From assembly GCA_043810865.1 (NCBI GenBank), contig JBDRNS010000014.1, forward strand, positions 1 to 54,078: a DNA stretch of 54,078 bases. Reading direction: 5' to 3'. Numbering within the stretch: position 1 is the first letter of the stretch; each line of letters opens with the position of its first letter. Origin of the DNA: an archaeon (GTDB lineage Archaea > Nanobdellota > Nanobdellia > Pacearchaeales > GW2011-AR1). The position numbers and the translations under genes were made by a program. This document shows, piece by piece, positions 33,574-41,807 of the stretch. The notes beneath the pieces are model-generated. The model was given only the letters and a program-made list of their open reading frames with translations. It did not search any database and was not told the origin of the DNA.

Positions 33574-33879
33574 ATGGGACTTAAAAGAATTTTAGCAGGA
33601 GTTGGAATTGTATTAACTTTGTATGGTTGCGCGGCAAAACAAGGAAATGTACCACCATATTCCATACAAGAATATGCACGGGAATATTCGCAAAGAAGAC
33701 AAATGATTGATAGGTTGGTTGAAACAGGACAATTTGATGAAGGCGCAGCTATTGGTTTAGTTTGTTCAGCAACAAGTTACAGGAGAACGGCCTTTGGAAA
33801 TGTAGATGATAGAAGAAAAGAACAGGAATGTCTAGATTGGTTTCATTTTGGAGAATTTAATCCTGGAAACACACCTTAA
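33574..33879 (+). CDS. Small lipoprotein-like protein
   Basis: MGLKRILAGVGIVLTLYGC has a lipobox-like LYGC. Confidence 0.5.
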   Translation: MGLKRILAGVGIVLTLYGCAAKQGNVPPYSIQEYAREYSQRRQMIDRLVETGQFDEGAAIGLVCSATSYRRTAFGNVDDRRKEQECLDWFHFGEFNPGNTP

Positions 33880-34739
33880 ATCAAATTCGGAATTAATCTT
33901 TTCTCTAAAGAAAGAACTTTATTATTATAAGAAACCAGAGTAAAAATTGATCTTGCAGTCATTTCTATTTCATTTTTATAAACAGGAAAGTTTAATTTTT
34001 CATAAATCGCTACGACAGATTTTTTTAATGTTTCAAGAGGACTATGGCTGCGAATTTCTTTTCCTCCTGAAAAATAAGACAGAAGTGTTCTGTATGCAAG
34101 ATTCATTCTATCTTTTCTATCCTGCGTGCTATTAAGCGAGTGAAATTCCCTTAACTGACTTTCAAGAGAGATAATCTCATTTCTTGATTGAATGGTTCTT
34201 TTTTGCAGGGCTAAAACAATATTTCTTATTTCATATGGCTTTGCTTCAAATCCTTTAGCATTATAAAAATCAACAGTTAAATTCTGAAAAGTTCTTGCAG
34301 AGTTTCTTGAAGCAATTCTTCCTTTCCTGTTTATCTCTGATAAAATATAATTAAATGCTAATCCCTCTCTTTCTTTTCTCTCCCTGCTTCCATAAGATGA
34401 AAAATTTGCAATTTGCTCCCTTATATTTTCTATTTGAGAAATTTTATCTTTTATATAACCAAGAAAAATTTTTACAATGCTATTAAGCTGAGTCCGATTC
34501 AAAGTTCTGTTTGCAAATCCTGAAACATAATTCTTAATTATTTGTAGTTTATCTTCTGACTCTGCAAAATATCTAACAATTCTTGGAGTTAATTTATGAT
34601 ATGCAAGAGAAGCAACCCCCTCTTCAGAATTTCGCGCTGACTTCTGTCTATGCCTTCCCAATATTTCTGAATTTCTTTTTTCTGTTTCTTCTTCAATTTC
34701 TCTTAATATCCTTTCTGCAGCATCCATAAAAAAACCCAA
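33876..34739 (-). CDS. Orphan helical protein with apparent internal duplication
   Basis: Two ~65-aa segments beginning GFANRT... and GFEAKP... align loosely. No known motif. Confidence 0.5.
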   Translation of the reverse strand: MGFFMDAAERILREIEEETEKRNSEILGRHRQKSARNSEEGVASLAYHKLTPRIVRYFAESEDKLQIIKNYVSGFANRTLNRTQLNSIVKIFLGYIKDKISQIENIREQIANFSSYGSRERKEREGLAFNYILSEINRKGRIASRNSARTFQNLTVDFYNAKGFEAKPYEIRNIVLALQKRTIQSRNEIISLESQLREFHSLNSTQDRKDRMNLAYRTLLSYFSGGKEIRSHSPLETLKKSVVAIYEKLNFPVYKNEIEMTARSIFTLVSYNNKVLSLEKRLIPNLI

Positions 34740-34747
34740 ATAGAAGA

Positions 34748-34757
34748 TTTAATAAAT
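34748..34757 (+). promoter_or_regulatory. TATA-like box for tRNA-Gln
   Basis: TTTAATAAAT ends 22 nt upstream of 34779. Confidence 0.45.
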
Positions 34758-34778
34758 CTTTTTAATTAAACAATTTAA

Positions 34779-34911
34779 AGCCCCATAGTACAGCGGTCAA
34801 GTATGTCGCCCTCTGGGCGAGCGATTTCGTGGTAGAGAGTAAATCTCCATCCATGGCTCGTGCGAAGTCGGGAGAGAGGCGGTGACCCAGGTTCGAATCC
34901 TGGTGGGGCTA
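34779..34911 (+). tRNA. tRNA-Gln (anticodon CUG) with 60-nt intron (34817-34876) at 37/38
   Basis: AGCCCCA-TA-GTAC-AGCGGTCAA-GTAT-G-TCGCC-CTCTGG^intron^A-GGCGG-TGAC-CCAGG-TTCGAAT-CCTGG-TGGGGCT-A. The A1:U72 pair is typical of archaeal tRNA-Gln. BHB-like: CTCT/GGAG helix with bulges GG^G and AG^A. Confidence 0.8.
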
Positions 34912-34919
34912 TACTTAAA

Positions 34920-35336
34920 ATGGAAAACTGCGGGTTATGTATTGCATTTAAAAAAGGTTCACAAGTTATAGATGAAAGTGACTTGTGTTTTTCAATGGTG
35001 AATTATGAGCCGATGCAAAAAGGACATGTGATGGTTGTGCCGAAGAGACATGTTGAATTATTGGCTGATTTTTCTGACGATGAGATAAAAGATTTTTTCA
35101 GGATGATTGATAAAACGCGGAAGTTGGTTGAGAAAAGTCACGATAATGGTGTTCTTATTTTGCTGAACGGGAAAAAATTCAAATCGCAGAATCATTTTCA
35201 TATGCACATAGTTCCTGTTCCTGAGGGCTTGAGGGAAATCATGTCAAAATATAACAACTCTCCGGTAAGGAAGAAAATATCTGAAGAAGAAATGAAAGAA
35301 ACCAGAGAACATTTGTTAAAAAATCTCAGAGATTAA
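34920..35336 (+). CDS. HIT (histidine triad) family hydrolase
   Basis: HFHMHIVP triad. Start trimmed to ATG 34920 because the listed N-terminal extension is the tRNA-Gln 3' exon read as protein. Confidence 0.8.
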   Translation: MENCGLCIAFKKGSQVIDESDLCFSMVNYEPMQKGHVMVVPKRHVELLADFSDDEIKDFFRMIDKTRKLVEKSHDNGVLILLNGKKFKSQNHFHMHIVPVPEGLREIMSKYNNSPVRKKISEEEMKETREHLLKNLRD

Positions 35337-35344
35337 TTTCTAAA

Positions 35345-35641
35345 ATGGCGACAGAAGTAGCGTATCTTTTATGCGATAGATTAAGAGAAGAAGAAAAGAA
35401 AGTTGTTCTTGGATTTAGAGATTACGGGGGAGATTATATAGAGGGTTATTTTGGAGCAAGAGACATAACTCCGGCATTCAGAAGAAATTCCGTGTGTTTA
35501 AGAGTTGTTGTTACAAATGCTGACGGCGGATTTAGATTTGAAGTTCGTCTTCCGTCTTCAAGAACAACAAAGGGAACGAATCTTTATCATGTTGAAAGAG
35601 ATATTTTAAGATTTCAGGATGACTCTGATTATGCTTCGTGA
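35345..35641 (+). CDS. Orphan 98-aa protein
   Basis: No motif recognised. Follows HIT with an 8-nt spacer. Confidence 0.45.
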   Translation: MATEVAYLLCDRLREEEKKVVLGFRDYGGDYIEGYFGARDITPAFRRNSVCLRVVVTNADGGFRFEVRLPSSRTTKGTNLYHVERDILRFQDDSDYAS

Positions 35642-35689
35642 GCAATATAGTATAATAATTCTTATATAGGATTATTTAGTAAATAAATT

Positions 35690-36172
35690 ATGGAAAAAGG
35701 AGGGTGGGAACCAACGAGAATTTCTCCAGAACATTTAGTTTCCGCATATATCTTAAATCAGATTAGTCATGGGAATATAAGACATCTTGATGATGAGGAA
35801 TGTGCTCATGTCATCTCTTTGTTTTTATCTTTGTTTCGAGAAAATAAGAATTCCCTTAAATTTGATTTAACATATACTACTTACAGAGGTTCTGCTCGGG
35901 GCGAGTATTCTCCCGAAGTTGGGGCAGAATTTCAATTTCTTTGTGATACTAGGCGTGCTATTGAATATTTTCCCGGAGAATTTATAATTACTCGAAAAGG
36001 TATTAAATATGCCATGGAAAAAGTGGATGAATTGCGACGCGAAGATTTAGATGCTGCTAATCAACTTGAAGTTATGACTGAGCAGGCAAATTATGATTTA
36101 AGACAGAGGAAAACTTGGCGTAAGCATGATATTTTTATGTCCCGTGCCAGAAAACTTTTGTTTGGAATTTAG
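35690..36172 (+). CDS. Orphan 160-aa protein, possible winged-helix module
   Basis: YSPEVGAEFQFLCDTRRAIEYFPGEFIITRKGIKYAME has the look of a wHTH wing. Weak, by eye only. Confidence 0.45.
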   Translation: MEKGGWEPTRISPEHLVSAYILNQISHGNIRHLDDEECAHVISLFLSLFRENKNSLKFDLTYTTYRGSARGEYSPEVGAEFQFLCDTRRAIEYFPGEFIITRKGIKYAMEKVDELRREDLDAANQLEVMTEQANYDLRQRKTWRKHDIFMSRARKLLFGI

Positions 36173-36212
36173 AATGCAATAAATTTAAATATTCCAAATT
36201 CTTAAATAAAAT

Positions 36213-36515
36213 ATGCCGAAAACAAAAAAAGAAAAGGTGAAACCAAAAAAAGTTTCTGCCGGGAAAAAAGAAAAATTGGTTGGTGAGGTTTCAAATTATT
36301 TTGAACATGCGAAAGCGGCTGCGATAAAATTGAAATCTCCATTAAAGGTTGGCGACAAAATTCACATAAAAGGCGGAGAAAAGGACTTTGTGCAAAAAGC
36401 GAAGAGTATGCAGATACACAGAAAAGATGTGAAGAGCGGAAAAAAGGGAGATGAAGTCGGATTGATTGTCGACGAGAAAGTTAGAAAAGGATACAAAGTT
36501 TTCTTGGTTGAATAA
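36213..36515 (+). CDS. Small protein with EF-Tu domain-2-like beta-barrel (translation-factor-like)
   Basis: VGEVSNYFEHAKAAAIKLKSPLKVGDKIHIKG...MQIHRKDVKSGKKGDEVGLIVDEKVRKGYKV matches the pattern of stand-alone elongation-factor-like barrel proteins. Lys-rich N-terminus. Confidence 0.55.
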   Translation: MPKTKKEKVKPKKVSAGKKEKLVGEVSNYFEHAKAAAIKLKSPLKVGDKIHIKGGEKDFVQKAKSMQIHRKDVKSGKKGDEVGLIVDEKVRKGYKVFLVE

Positions 36516-36522
36516 AATACTA

Positions 36523-36688
36523 CTCACTTCGTTCGCAGATTTATTTATCTCCGTACCAAACTTCGTTAAGGCACTCCGCGAAAAAAAGTTTTAATGTGTT
36601 AGATTTCTTATACAAAAAATCCGAGCGAGAATGGATTTAGAGTTATCAAGGATGCTGAATTAATAAGCGAGCACGAAGTGCGAGCGAA
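36523..36688 (+). repeat. Composite intergenic repeat, copy B
   Basis: The exact 15-mer CTCACTTCGTTCGCA starts 7 nt after the upstream stop codon. Exact 17-mer ACCAAACTTCGTTAAGG at 36555-36571. Hairpin AAATCC-GAGCGAGAAT-GGATTT at about 36616-36637. Inverted terminal motif AGCGAGCACGAAGTGCGAGCGAA at 36666-36688. Confidence 0.55.
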
Positions 36689-36694
36689 ATATAA

Positions 36695-36703
36695 TTTTAA
36701 AAA
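36695..36703 (+). promoter_or_regulatory. TATA-like box for tRNA-Glu(CUC)
   Basis: TTTTAAAAA ends 22 nt upstream of 36725. Confidence 0.45.
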
Positions 36704-36724
36704 CCAAATACTCTATTTCATTTC

Positions 36725-36880
36725 AGCCCTCATAGTCTAGAGGCCAAGGACGCCACCCTCTCAATGCTGAAGTTTAGTCGTTGAGACAATAACTTCTGTC
36801 TTAAATGACAGGCAATTCGTGGGAATTTTATTCTCACATAGGGAACGGTGGTAACCCGAGTTCGAATCTCGGTGAGGGCG
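36725..36880 (+). tRNA. tRNA-Glu (anticodon CUC) with 83-nt intron (36763-36845) at 37/38
   Basis: GCCCTCA-TA-GTCT-AGAGGCCAA-GGAC-G-CCACC-CTCTCA^intron^C-GGTGG-TAAC-CCGAG-TTCGAAT-CTCGG-TGAGGGC-G. BHB-like: CTCT/AGGG helix with bulges CA^A and AA^C. Confidence 0.8.
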
Positions 36881-36890
36881 TATCCAAAGA

Positions 36891-36908
36891 TTGAGCGAAG
36901 CGAGTAGG
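36891..36908 (-). repeat. Intergenic CG-motif repeat, inverted (TTGAGCGAAGCGAGTAGG)
   Basis: The reverse complement CCTACTCGCTTCGCTCAA fits the family pattern. Followed by a T6 run. Confidence 0.4.
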
Positions 36909-36917
36909 TAGAGGGCG

Positions 36918-36923
36918 TTTTTT
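36918..36923 (+). terminator. Oligo-T run downstream of tRNA-Glu(CUC)
   Basis: GAGGGCG-TTTTTT, 38 nt after the tRNA 3' end. Confidence 0.35.
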
Positions 36924-36977
36924 GAAGATATATTAGGAAAGAGAAAACTATAAAATTGTTTAATTCTTGAGAAGATT

Positions 36978-38153
36978 ATGAAAAAGAGAGTAAAAATCTT
37001 TATCTTTATTTTGATTGTTTTAGTTTTGGGAGTTCTGGGAATTATTATTAAAGGATTAAATACACATGGCCAAATCGAACCTTTTATGCCAACAATTATA
37101 ACTGAACCTTATACTGATATTTATCTTCCGGTTAGCAGTTATCCTATTGATGTTGATGGTAATGGATTAGTTGATTATTTAGTAGTTGAGTTTGAAACTA
37201 ATCTTTCTAACGAAGAAAACTATGATATCTCAGGAATTCTTCTTGGGGAAAATGAGGATTATATCTCTTCAAGTGGTAAAATTGTAGATTTTAGCAATAA
37301 AAGAATTATTCAATTAAATTTTAGTGGGCTCGGTATTCGTTCAAAAGAAATGGGTGGCAAATTTAGATTTGGAAATGTATATGTAATAGGAGATAATACT
37401 CGTTTGAATATTCAAAATAAAACTTATTTTACTCAGAACTATAATAAAAATGATTTTGAATATCAATCTCATCTATTAGAATGTGGAAAAATTGTCTTGC
37501 CTAATTTGGTATATATTTTAGATAATAACCTAAATACTAGTGGTGATTGTTTCAATGTTCAAACAGGAAATATTATTTTAAATCTAAATGAGCACATTAT
37601 TTCTGGAGATGGTTCTGGAATAGGAATCTATGAGAGTTACCAAAGTAATGTTTCAATAAAAAATGGGAGAATCTCCAATTTTTCTAAGGGCATGGAAATA
37701 AGACACTCAAATAACAATATAATAACCAATTTGTTCATTGGTTCAAATAAAGGAGATGGAATAAACAATGGGCAAGGAATTGACTTTCTTCTTAGTAATT
37801 ATAATTTAATTAGTAATAATACTTTTGATAATAACGAAGGAGATGCTATAAACTTGGATGGTTCTAGTTCTAATAATATTTCTAATAACAATTTTACTAG
37901 TGGTTTTAGGGCAGGGGTTTATTTATTAGGATCTAATAATAATACAATAAAAGAAAATTTTATCATGAATAGTCAATATATTGGAATTTATCTTAATCAA
38001 GCTTCGGGAAATCAAATAACCAATAACACTATTAGTTTGACTAAATTTTGGGGCATATACGTAGAAAAATCTAGTGTAGATCAGAATATTATTAGCAATA
38101 ACACTCTTTCTAAAAATGGAAGAAAAGGTATTTATTTTGAAGAGATAACGTAA
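36978..38153 (+). CDS. Membrane-anchored right-handed beta-helix (NosD/pectate-lyase-like PbH1 repeat) protein
   Basis: N-terminal TM. The C-terminal half has ~22-aa repeats of the type NNxIxNNxFxxNxxxGIxL (NNIITNLFIGSNKGDGI; NLISNNTFDNNEGDAI; NNISNNNFTSGFRAGV; NTIKENFIMNSQYIGI). Confidence 0.7.
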   Translation: MKKRVKIFIFILIVLVLGVLGIIIKGLNTHGQIEPFMPTIITEPYTDIYLPVSSYPIDVDGNGLVDYLVVEFETNLSNEENYDISGILLGENEDYISSSGKIVDFSNKRIIQLNFSGLGIRSKEMGGKFRFGNVYVIGDNTRLNIQNKTYFTQNYNKNDFEYQSHLLECGKIVLPNLVYILDNNLNTSGDCFNVQTGNIILNLNEHIISGDGSGIGIYESYQSNVSIKNGRISNFSKGMEIRHSNNNIITNLFIGSNKGDGINNGQGIDFLLSNYNLISNNTFDNNEGDAINLDGSSSNNISNNNFTSGFRAGVYLLGSNNNTIKENFIMNSQYIGIYLNQASGNQITNNTISLTKFWGIYVEKSSVDQNIISNNTLSKNGRKGIYFEEIT

Positions 38154-38238
38154 TCAACTTGTTTTCTTATTCCTCCTTGATGTTTACCCAGGGTGTTTCT
38201 TTCACAATCTTATTAAATTCCTTCACATTGATATTTTT

Positions 38239-38556
38239 ATGAAAGACGTGATAAAATATTCCCTAATTAATTCTCTCGGAACAGCGATTTATATTGTAAT
38301 TGCGGCGTCATTTATTTATTTTTTGGGAAATAGATTTTCGGGAGATACAAAGACAATTTTTGCCCCGATTGCGATGCTCATGCTTTTTGTTTTTTCAGCA
38401 GCCCTTACTGGATTTTTGGTTTTCGGGCGTCCTATAATGTGGTATCTCGACGGAAAAAAGCAGAAGGCGCTTTCATTGCTATTTTATACTCTGGGAATTT
38501 TCTTAGCCATAATAATTATTGTCTTTGCTTTTTTGATTTTTATTTCTGGCTTTTAA
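38239..38556 (+). CDS. Small membrane protein (3 TM)
   Basis: Hydrophobic profile only. Confidence 0.55.
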   Translation: MKDVIKYSLINSLGTAIYIVIAASFIYFLGNRFSGDTKTIFAPIAMLMLFVFSAALTGFLVFGRPIMWYLDGKKQKALSLLFYTLGIFLAIIIIVFAFLIFISGF

Positions 38557-38741
38557 TAAAATAACTAACTCCTCCCTATTCCTGAGAGTTCATTAATTAT
38601 CATAGACAAGCCCTTTTCAAGAGTTTCATTTATTGCACCAAGTTTGGCGGAAATTTCTTTCAGAATTTTGCCGATATTTTCCTCATCCATGGAATTAAAT
38701 AGTTTTGTTCTTTTTATAATTTTTTATAATCTCTTGCAAAA

Positions 38742-39431
38742 TTAATTATTCTTTTTTGCTACTAAAAGCAAAAATCTACACTCAAGAATATATGGGGGAT
38801 TTGCTTTTTTCATAACTATTCTCATAGGTTCTGATTCTGTTATTTTAAATTCGTAGTCATTAAACATCCTCTTAAGAAAGATTTTTGCTTCATCAATAGT
38901 GTAGTCCTTTCTATTTTTTATTATATAAGGCATTCCGTCATTTATTTTTGTTCTTTTTGCATCAACTGCAAAATCAATTATAACTTTTCCTCCTGGTTTT
39001 AACACACGATGAATTTCTTTGAATATGTGCTCGGCAACTTCCTGAGGAAACAAATGTAATGTGCCTGTGTTAAAAATTCCGTCAAGAGAATCATCTTTAA
39101 ACGGAAACTTATCGAGTAGATTAAAAACTTTAATTTTAAGGTTAGATTTGTATTCTTCGGGAGTATAATACCAAAGTTTGCTAAGAGCGCTTGCATCAAT
39201 GTCCGTTACTGTGACAGAATCAGCTTTTTTTAATAAGATAAGATTATATCTTCCATCTCCTGCCGCCAAATGTAACCAGTTTCCCTTAATTTGTTCTTTA
39301 TCTAACAGGTTAAGTGTTTCTTTATCTCCTTGTCCCCAAATAGATTTTTTGCCTGTGTTAAAATAATTCATATTTTCTGTAAACACATATCTTCTTTCAT
39401 CTACTGGGCATGGTTTTGTTATTTTTTCCAT
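38742..39431 (-). CDS. Class I SAM-dependent methyltransferase
   Basis: Motif I WLHLAAGDGRYN, acidic post-I residue in VTDIDAS, and LKPGGKVIIDF. Confidence 0.75.
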   Translation of the reverse strand: MEKITKPCPVDERRYVFTENMNYFNTGKKSIWGQGDKETLNLLDKEQIKGNWLHLAAGDGRYNLILLKKADSVTVTDIDASALSKLWYYTPEEYKSNLKIKVFNLLDKFPFKDDSLDGIFNTGTLHLFPQEVAEHIFKEIHRVLKPGGKVIIDFAVDAKRTKINDGMPYIIKNRKDYTIDEAKIFLKRMFNDYEFKITESEPMRIVMKKANPPYILECRFLLLVAKKNN

Positions 39432-39647
39432 GAAGAATAAACAAAAAAAGAATTTTTAGAACTTCCTATTTTTCAAAACATTTAAAAAGTTCACGATTGT
39501 TTAAACATCAGAAAAATATCTTCATAGATTATTTTCACATTCACATTCATTTGGTTATTGAAACCTTTAGAAAGGGATTATAATAAAATTGATATTTTTC
39601 TAAGAATTTCCATAAGGAAATTTACAATTAAATTACTAATAAACAAT

Positions 39648-40823
39648 ATGGCAAAAATAAGTCCTGTATCGATAAAATACATGATACATGCGAATTTTGA
39701 TGCTGAAGGCGCTTTGGAAAAGCCGGATGTAATCGGAGCTATCTTCGGGCAGACCGAGGGCTTGCTTGGAACTGACTTGGAAATGAGAGAATTGCAGAAA
39801 GAGGGCAAAATCGGAAGAATTGAAGTTGACTTGGAAAGAAATGACAAGAAAACAACCGGAAAGATAAAAATTCCGACTGCTTTGGATCAGTCAGAAACAA
39901 CGCTGATTGCCGCTGCAATTGAGACAATAGAAAGAATCGGGCCGAGCGACGCGCAGATAGATGTTGAAAGAATCGAGGATGTCAGAGGAAGCAAAAGAGA
40001 TTACATAATTGACAGAGCGAAAAAGCTAATGAAAGAAATTCACGGGACAACTGACTCAAGAGAGATTTCAAATCAGATAAAAGATTACTCAAGAACTTCT
40101 GAAGTTTCTGAATACGGAAGCGAAAAACTTCCTGCAGGAGACATAAGCGGAAGAGAAGTCATTGTTGTTGAGGGAAGGGCTGATGTTCTTAACTTGCTGA
40201 GAGCAGGAATAAAGAATGTCATTGCAATGAACGGGACAAAACTTCCGGACGCGATAAAAGAACTTGGAAAAGAAAAAGAACTTACGCTTTTTGTCGACGG
40301 TGACAGGGGCGGAAAGCTGATTGCAAGAAATGTAGTTGACAACGCAAGAGTGAGATATATTGCTGTTGCTCCTGACGGAAAAGAAGTTGAAGAAATCAGC
40401 GGAAAGGAAATCTGGATGTGCTTGAGAAAAAAAGTTCCGACATCTGAATTTTTTTCAGGAAGAAGTTTTTCCGAGGAAAAGTTTGAGAGAAAAAAGGCGG
40501 AAATAACTTCTGAGGTCTCAAAAGCACCTGAAATTGACGAGAGTTCTGATGAGGATGAAAGCGGAAAACTCCGGGAAGTTTTTGAGAAAATTCAGGGAAA
40601 AGGAAAAGCAGTTCTTCTTGACAGGAATCTTAAAGAAGTGAAAAGCGTTTCAGCAAGAGCTGCCGGCAGTGCACTGAAAAAAGAAAGCAATGTTTATGCT
40701 GTTGCAATTGACGGCACTGCAACTTCAAGCGTAATAAGTTCTGCAGAAGACGCAAACGTTCAGATAGTCGCAGCAAAGAATTTCGCATCAACAAGCGACA
40801 AGGTTAAACTTGTAAGCTTGTAG
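39648..40823 (+). CDS. dnaG: Archaeal DnaG primase-like protein (TOPRIM)
   Basis: KYMIHANFDAEGALEKPDVIGAIFGQTEGLLG is the hallmark archaeal DnaG N-terminus. TOPRIM motifs VVEGRADVLNL and FVDGDRGG. Start trimmed to ATG 39648. Confidence 0.85.
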   Translation: MAKISPVSIKYMIHANFDAEGALEKPDVIGAIFGQTEGLLGTDLEMRELQKEGKIGRIEVDLERNDKKTTGKIKIPTALDQSETTLIAAAIETIERIGPSDAQIDVERIEDVRGSKRDYIIDRAKKLMKEIHGTTDSREISNQIKDYSRTSEVSEYGSEKLPAGDISGREVIVVEGRADVLNLLRAGIKNVIAMNGTKLPDAIKELGKEKELTLFVDGDRGGKLIARNVVDNARVRYIAVAPDGKEVEEISGKEIWMCLRKKVPTSEFFSGRSFSEEKFERKKAEITSEVSKAPEIDESSDEDESGKLREVFEKIQGKGKAVLLDRNLKEVKSVSARAAGSALKKESNVYAVAIDGTATSSVISSAEDANVQIVAAKNFASTSDKVKLVSL

Positions 40824-40893
40824 AAATAATTTATTTTTTTATTATTTTTTTGGTTTTGATAAAATTTATAAAGGCATTAATGCAGAAAGTTTT

Positions 40894-41262
40894 ATGGGAA
40901 GATTTACAGATAGTGGATTTTTTGAACTTTTAGTGTGTTCAATGATAGGAATTCCCTTAGCAGTACCAATAGGGGGTTTCGTAGATGGTTTAGTAAATTC
41001 GTATACCCCCATCTATTCGGGAAGATTTGAAGGAAGAAATGTCCGGATTGAAGATAGGGAATTTATGCCCTCCCGCAGAGTGATAATAGATGAAAAAGAA
41101 ATAAAGATAGGTGGAAAAAGAATTGGTGTAATTTATGAAGAACTTAAAGATAAGGGGATAGATGGCATTCTAGATAAGGATTATTTCCCTGGCGCACAGG
41201 AATTTTATAACAGATTAATGGATGAAGTCGGAGATGTGGTTGCAAATCGAAATCCAAATTAA
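40894..41262 (+). CDS. Orphan small protein with N-terminal hydrophobic segment
   Basis: FFELLVCSMIGIPLAVPIGGFV anchor. No motif recognised. Confidence 0.45.
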   Translation: MGRFTDSGFFELLVCSMIGIPLAVPIGGFVDGLVNSYTPIYSGRFEGRNVRIEDREFMPSRRVIIDEKEIKIGGKRIGVIYEELKDKGIDGILDKDYFPGAQEFYNRLMDEVGDVVANRNPN

Positions 41263-41304
41263 TTATTTCTAAATCTTTATAAAACAGATTTTTGTAAATT
41301 CTTG

Positions 41305-41667
41305 ATGAATTTGAAAAAGATTCTTGCGACAGGATTTGCTTTTCTTGAATTGAGTTCTCTTGCGTTAGGGGCTGAAAACGGAAGAAGCCATATAAGAGTA
41401 GTTCAAACAAATTACGGGGAAATAAGATACGAAAAAGGAAGATATGTTAATATTAAAGTTGATTTGGAAAAATTGTTTGGGACAAAAGAAATAATAATCT
41501 TGGGTTTGGAATTTGAAGAGAACATTAATATTAGCGGACGGGTTGCAGATGAAGGAAGTAGAGTGTCAACAAAAACAATACCTTATCCCTGCTCTATTGA
41601 TAAAAGATTACTTAAGCCCACTCAAACAAATGGATATCTTGAACTTGATTCCCGATGCTTATATTGA
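41305..41667 (+). CDS. Orphan small secreted protein
   Basis: Signal-like MNLKKILATGFAFLELSSLALGA. ATG 41305 is preferred over TTG 41302. Confidence 0.45.
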   Translation: MNLKKILATGFAFLELSSLALGAENGRSHIRVVQTNYGEIRYEKGRYVNIKVDLEKLFGTKEIIILGLEFEENINISGRVADEGSRVSTKTIPYPCSIDKRLLKPTQTNGYLELDSRCLY

Positions 41668-41747
41668 AAACCCTGATAAAAATTTACCACCACTTGTTCC
41701 TAACAGTGAGTACTATATAATTATGTCAAAGTGTCGTCACCATAAAG

Positions 41748-41757
41748 TTTATAAATA
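41748..41757 (+). promoter_or_regulatory. TATA box for surface-protein gene
   Basis: TTTATAAATA lies 51 nt upstream of ATG 41808. The leader contains the inverted repeat GTTTCCT...AGGAAAC (41759-41786) and a GGAG 8 nt before the ATG. Confidence 0.5.
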
Positions 41758-41807
41758 GTTTCCTGGTAGGGATTTTATAGGAAACTTTGTTTCCCGGAGT
41801 TAAATAA

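Noticed and set aside
34860-34919. N-terminal extension (MRSRERGGDPGSNPGGAILK) of the HIT ORF
   Set aside because: It is the tRNA-Gln 3' exon read as protein, with a non-ATG start. The HIT homology begins at ATG 34920.
38565-38690. 41-codon minus-strand ORF (MDEENIGKILKEISAKLGAINETLEKGLSMIINELSGIGRS) in the 185-nt spacer
   Set aside because: It is plausible but too short to support without homology or expression data. No clear TATA box or SD was identified.
39432-39647. 216-nt spacer upstream of dnaG as a possible ncRNA or replication-origin-like region (TTCACATTCACATTCA, palindrome ATTTCC-ATAA-GGAAAT)
   Set aside because: It has only short, weak repeats, with no ORB-like repeated boxes and no adjacent cdc6/orc1. 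The listed 5' extension of the dnaG ORF across it has no homology.
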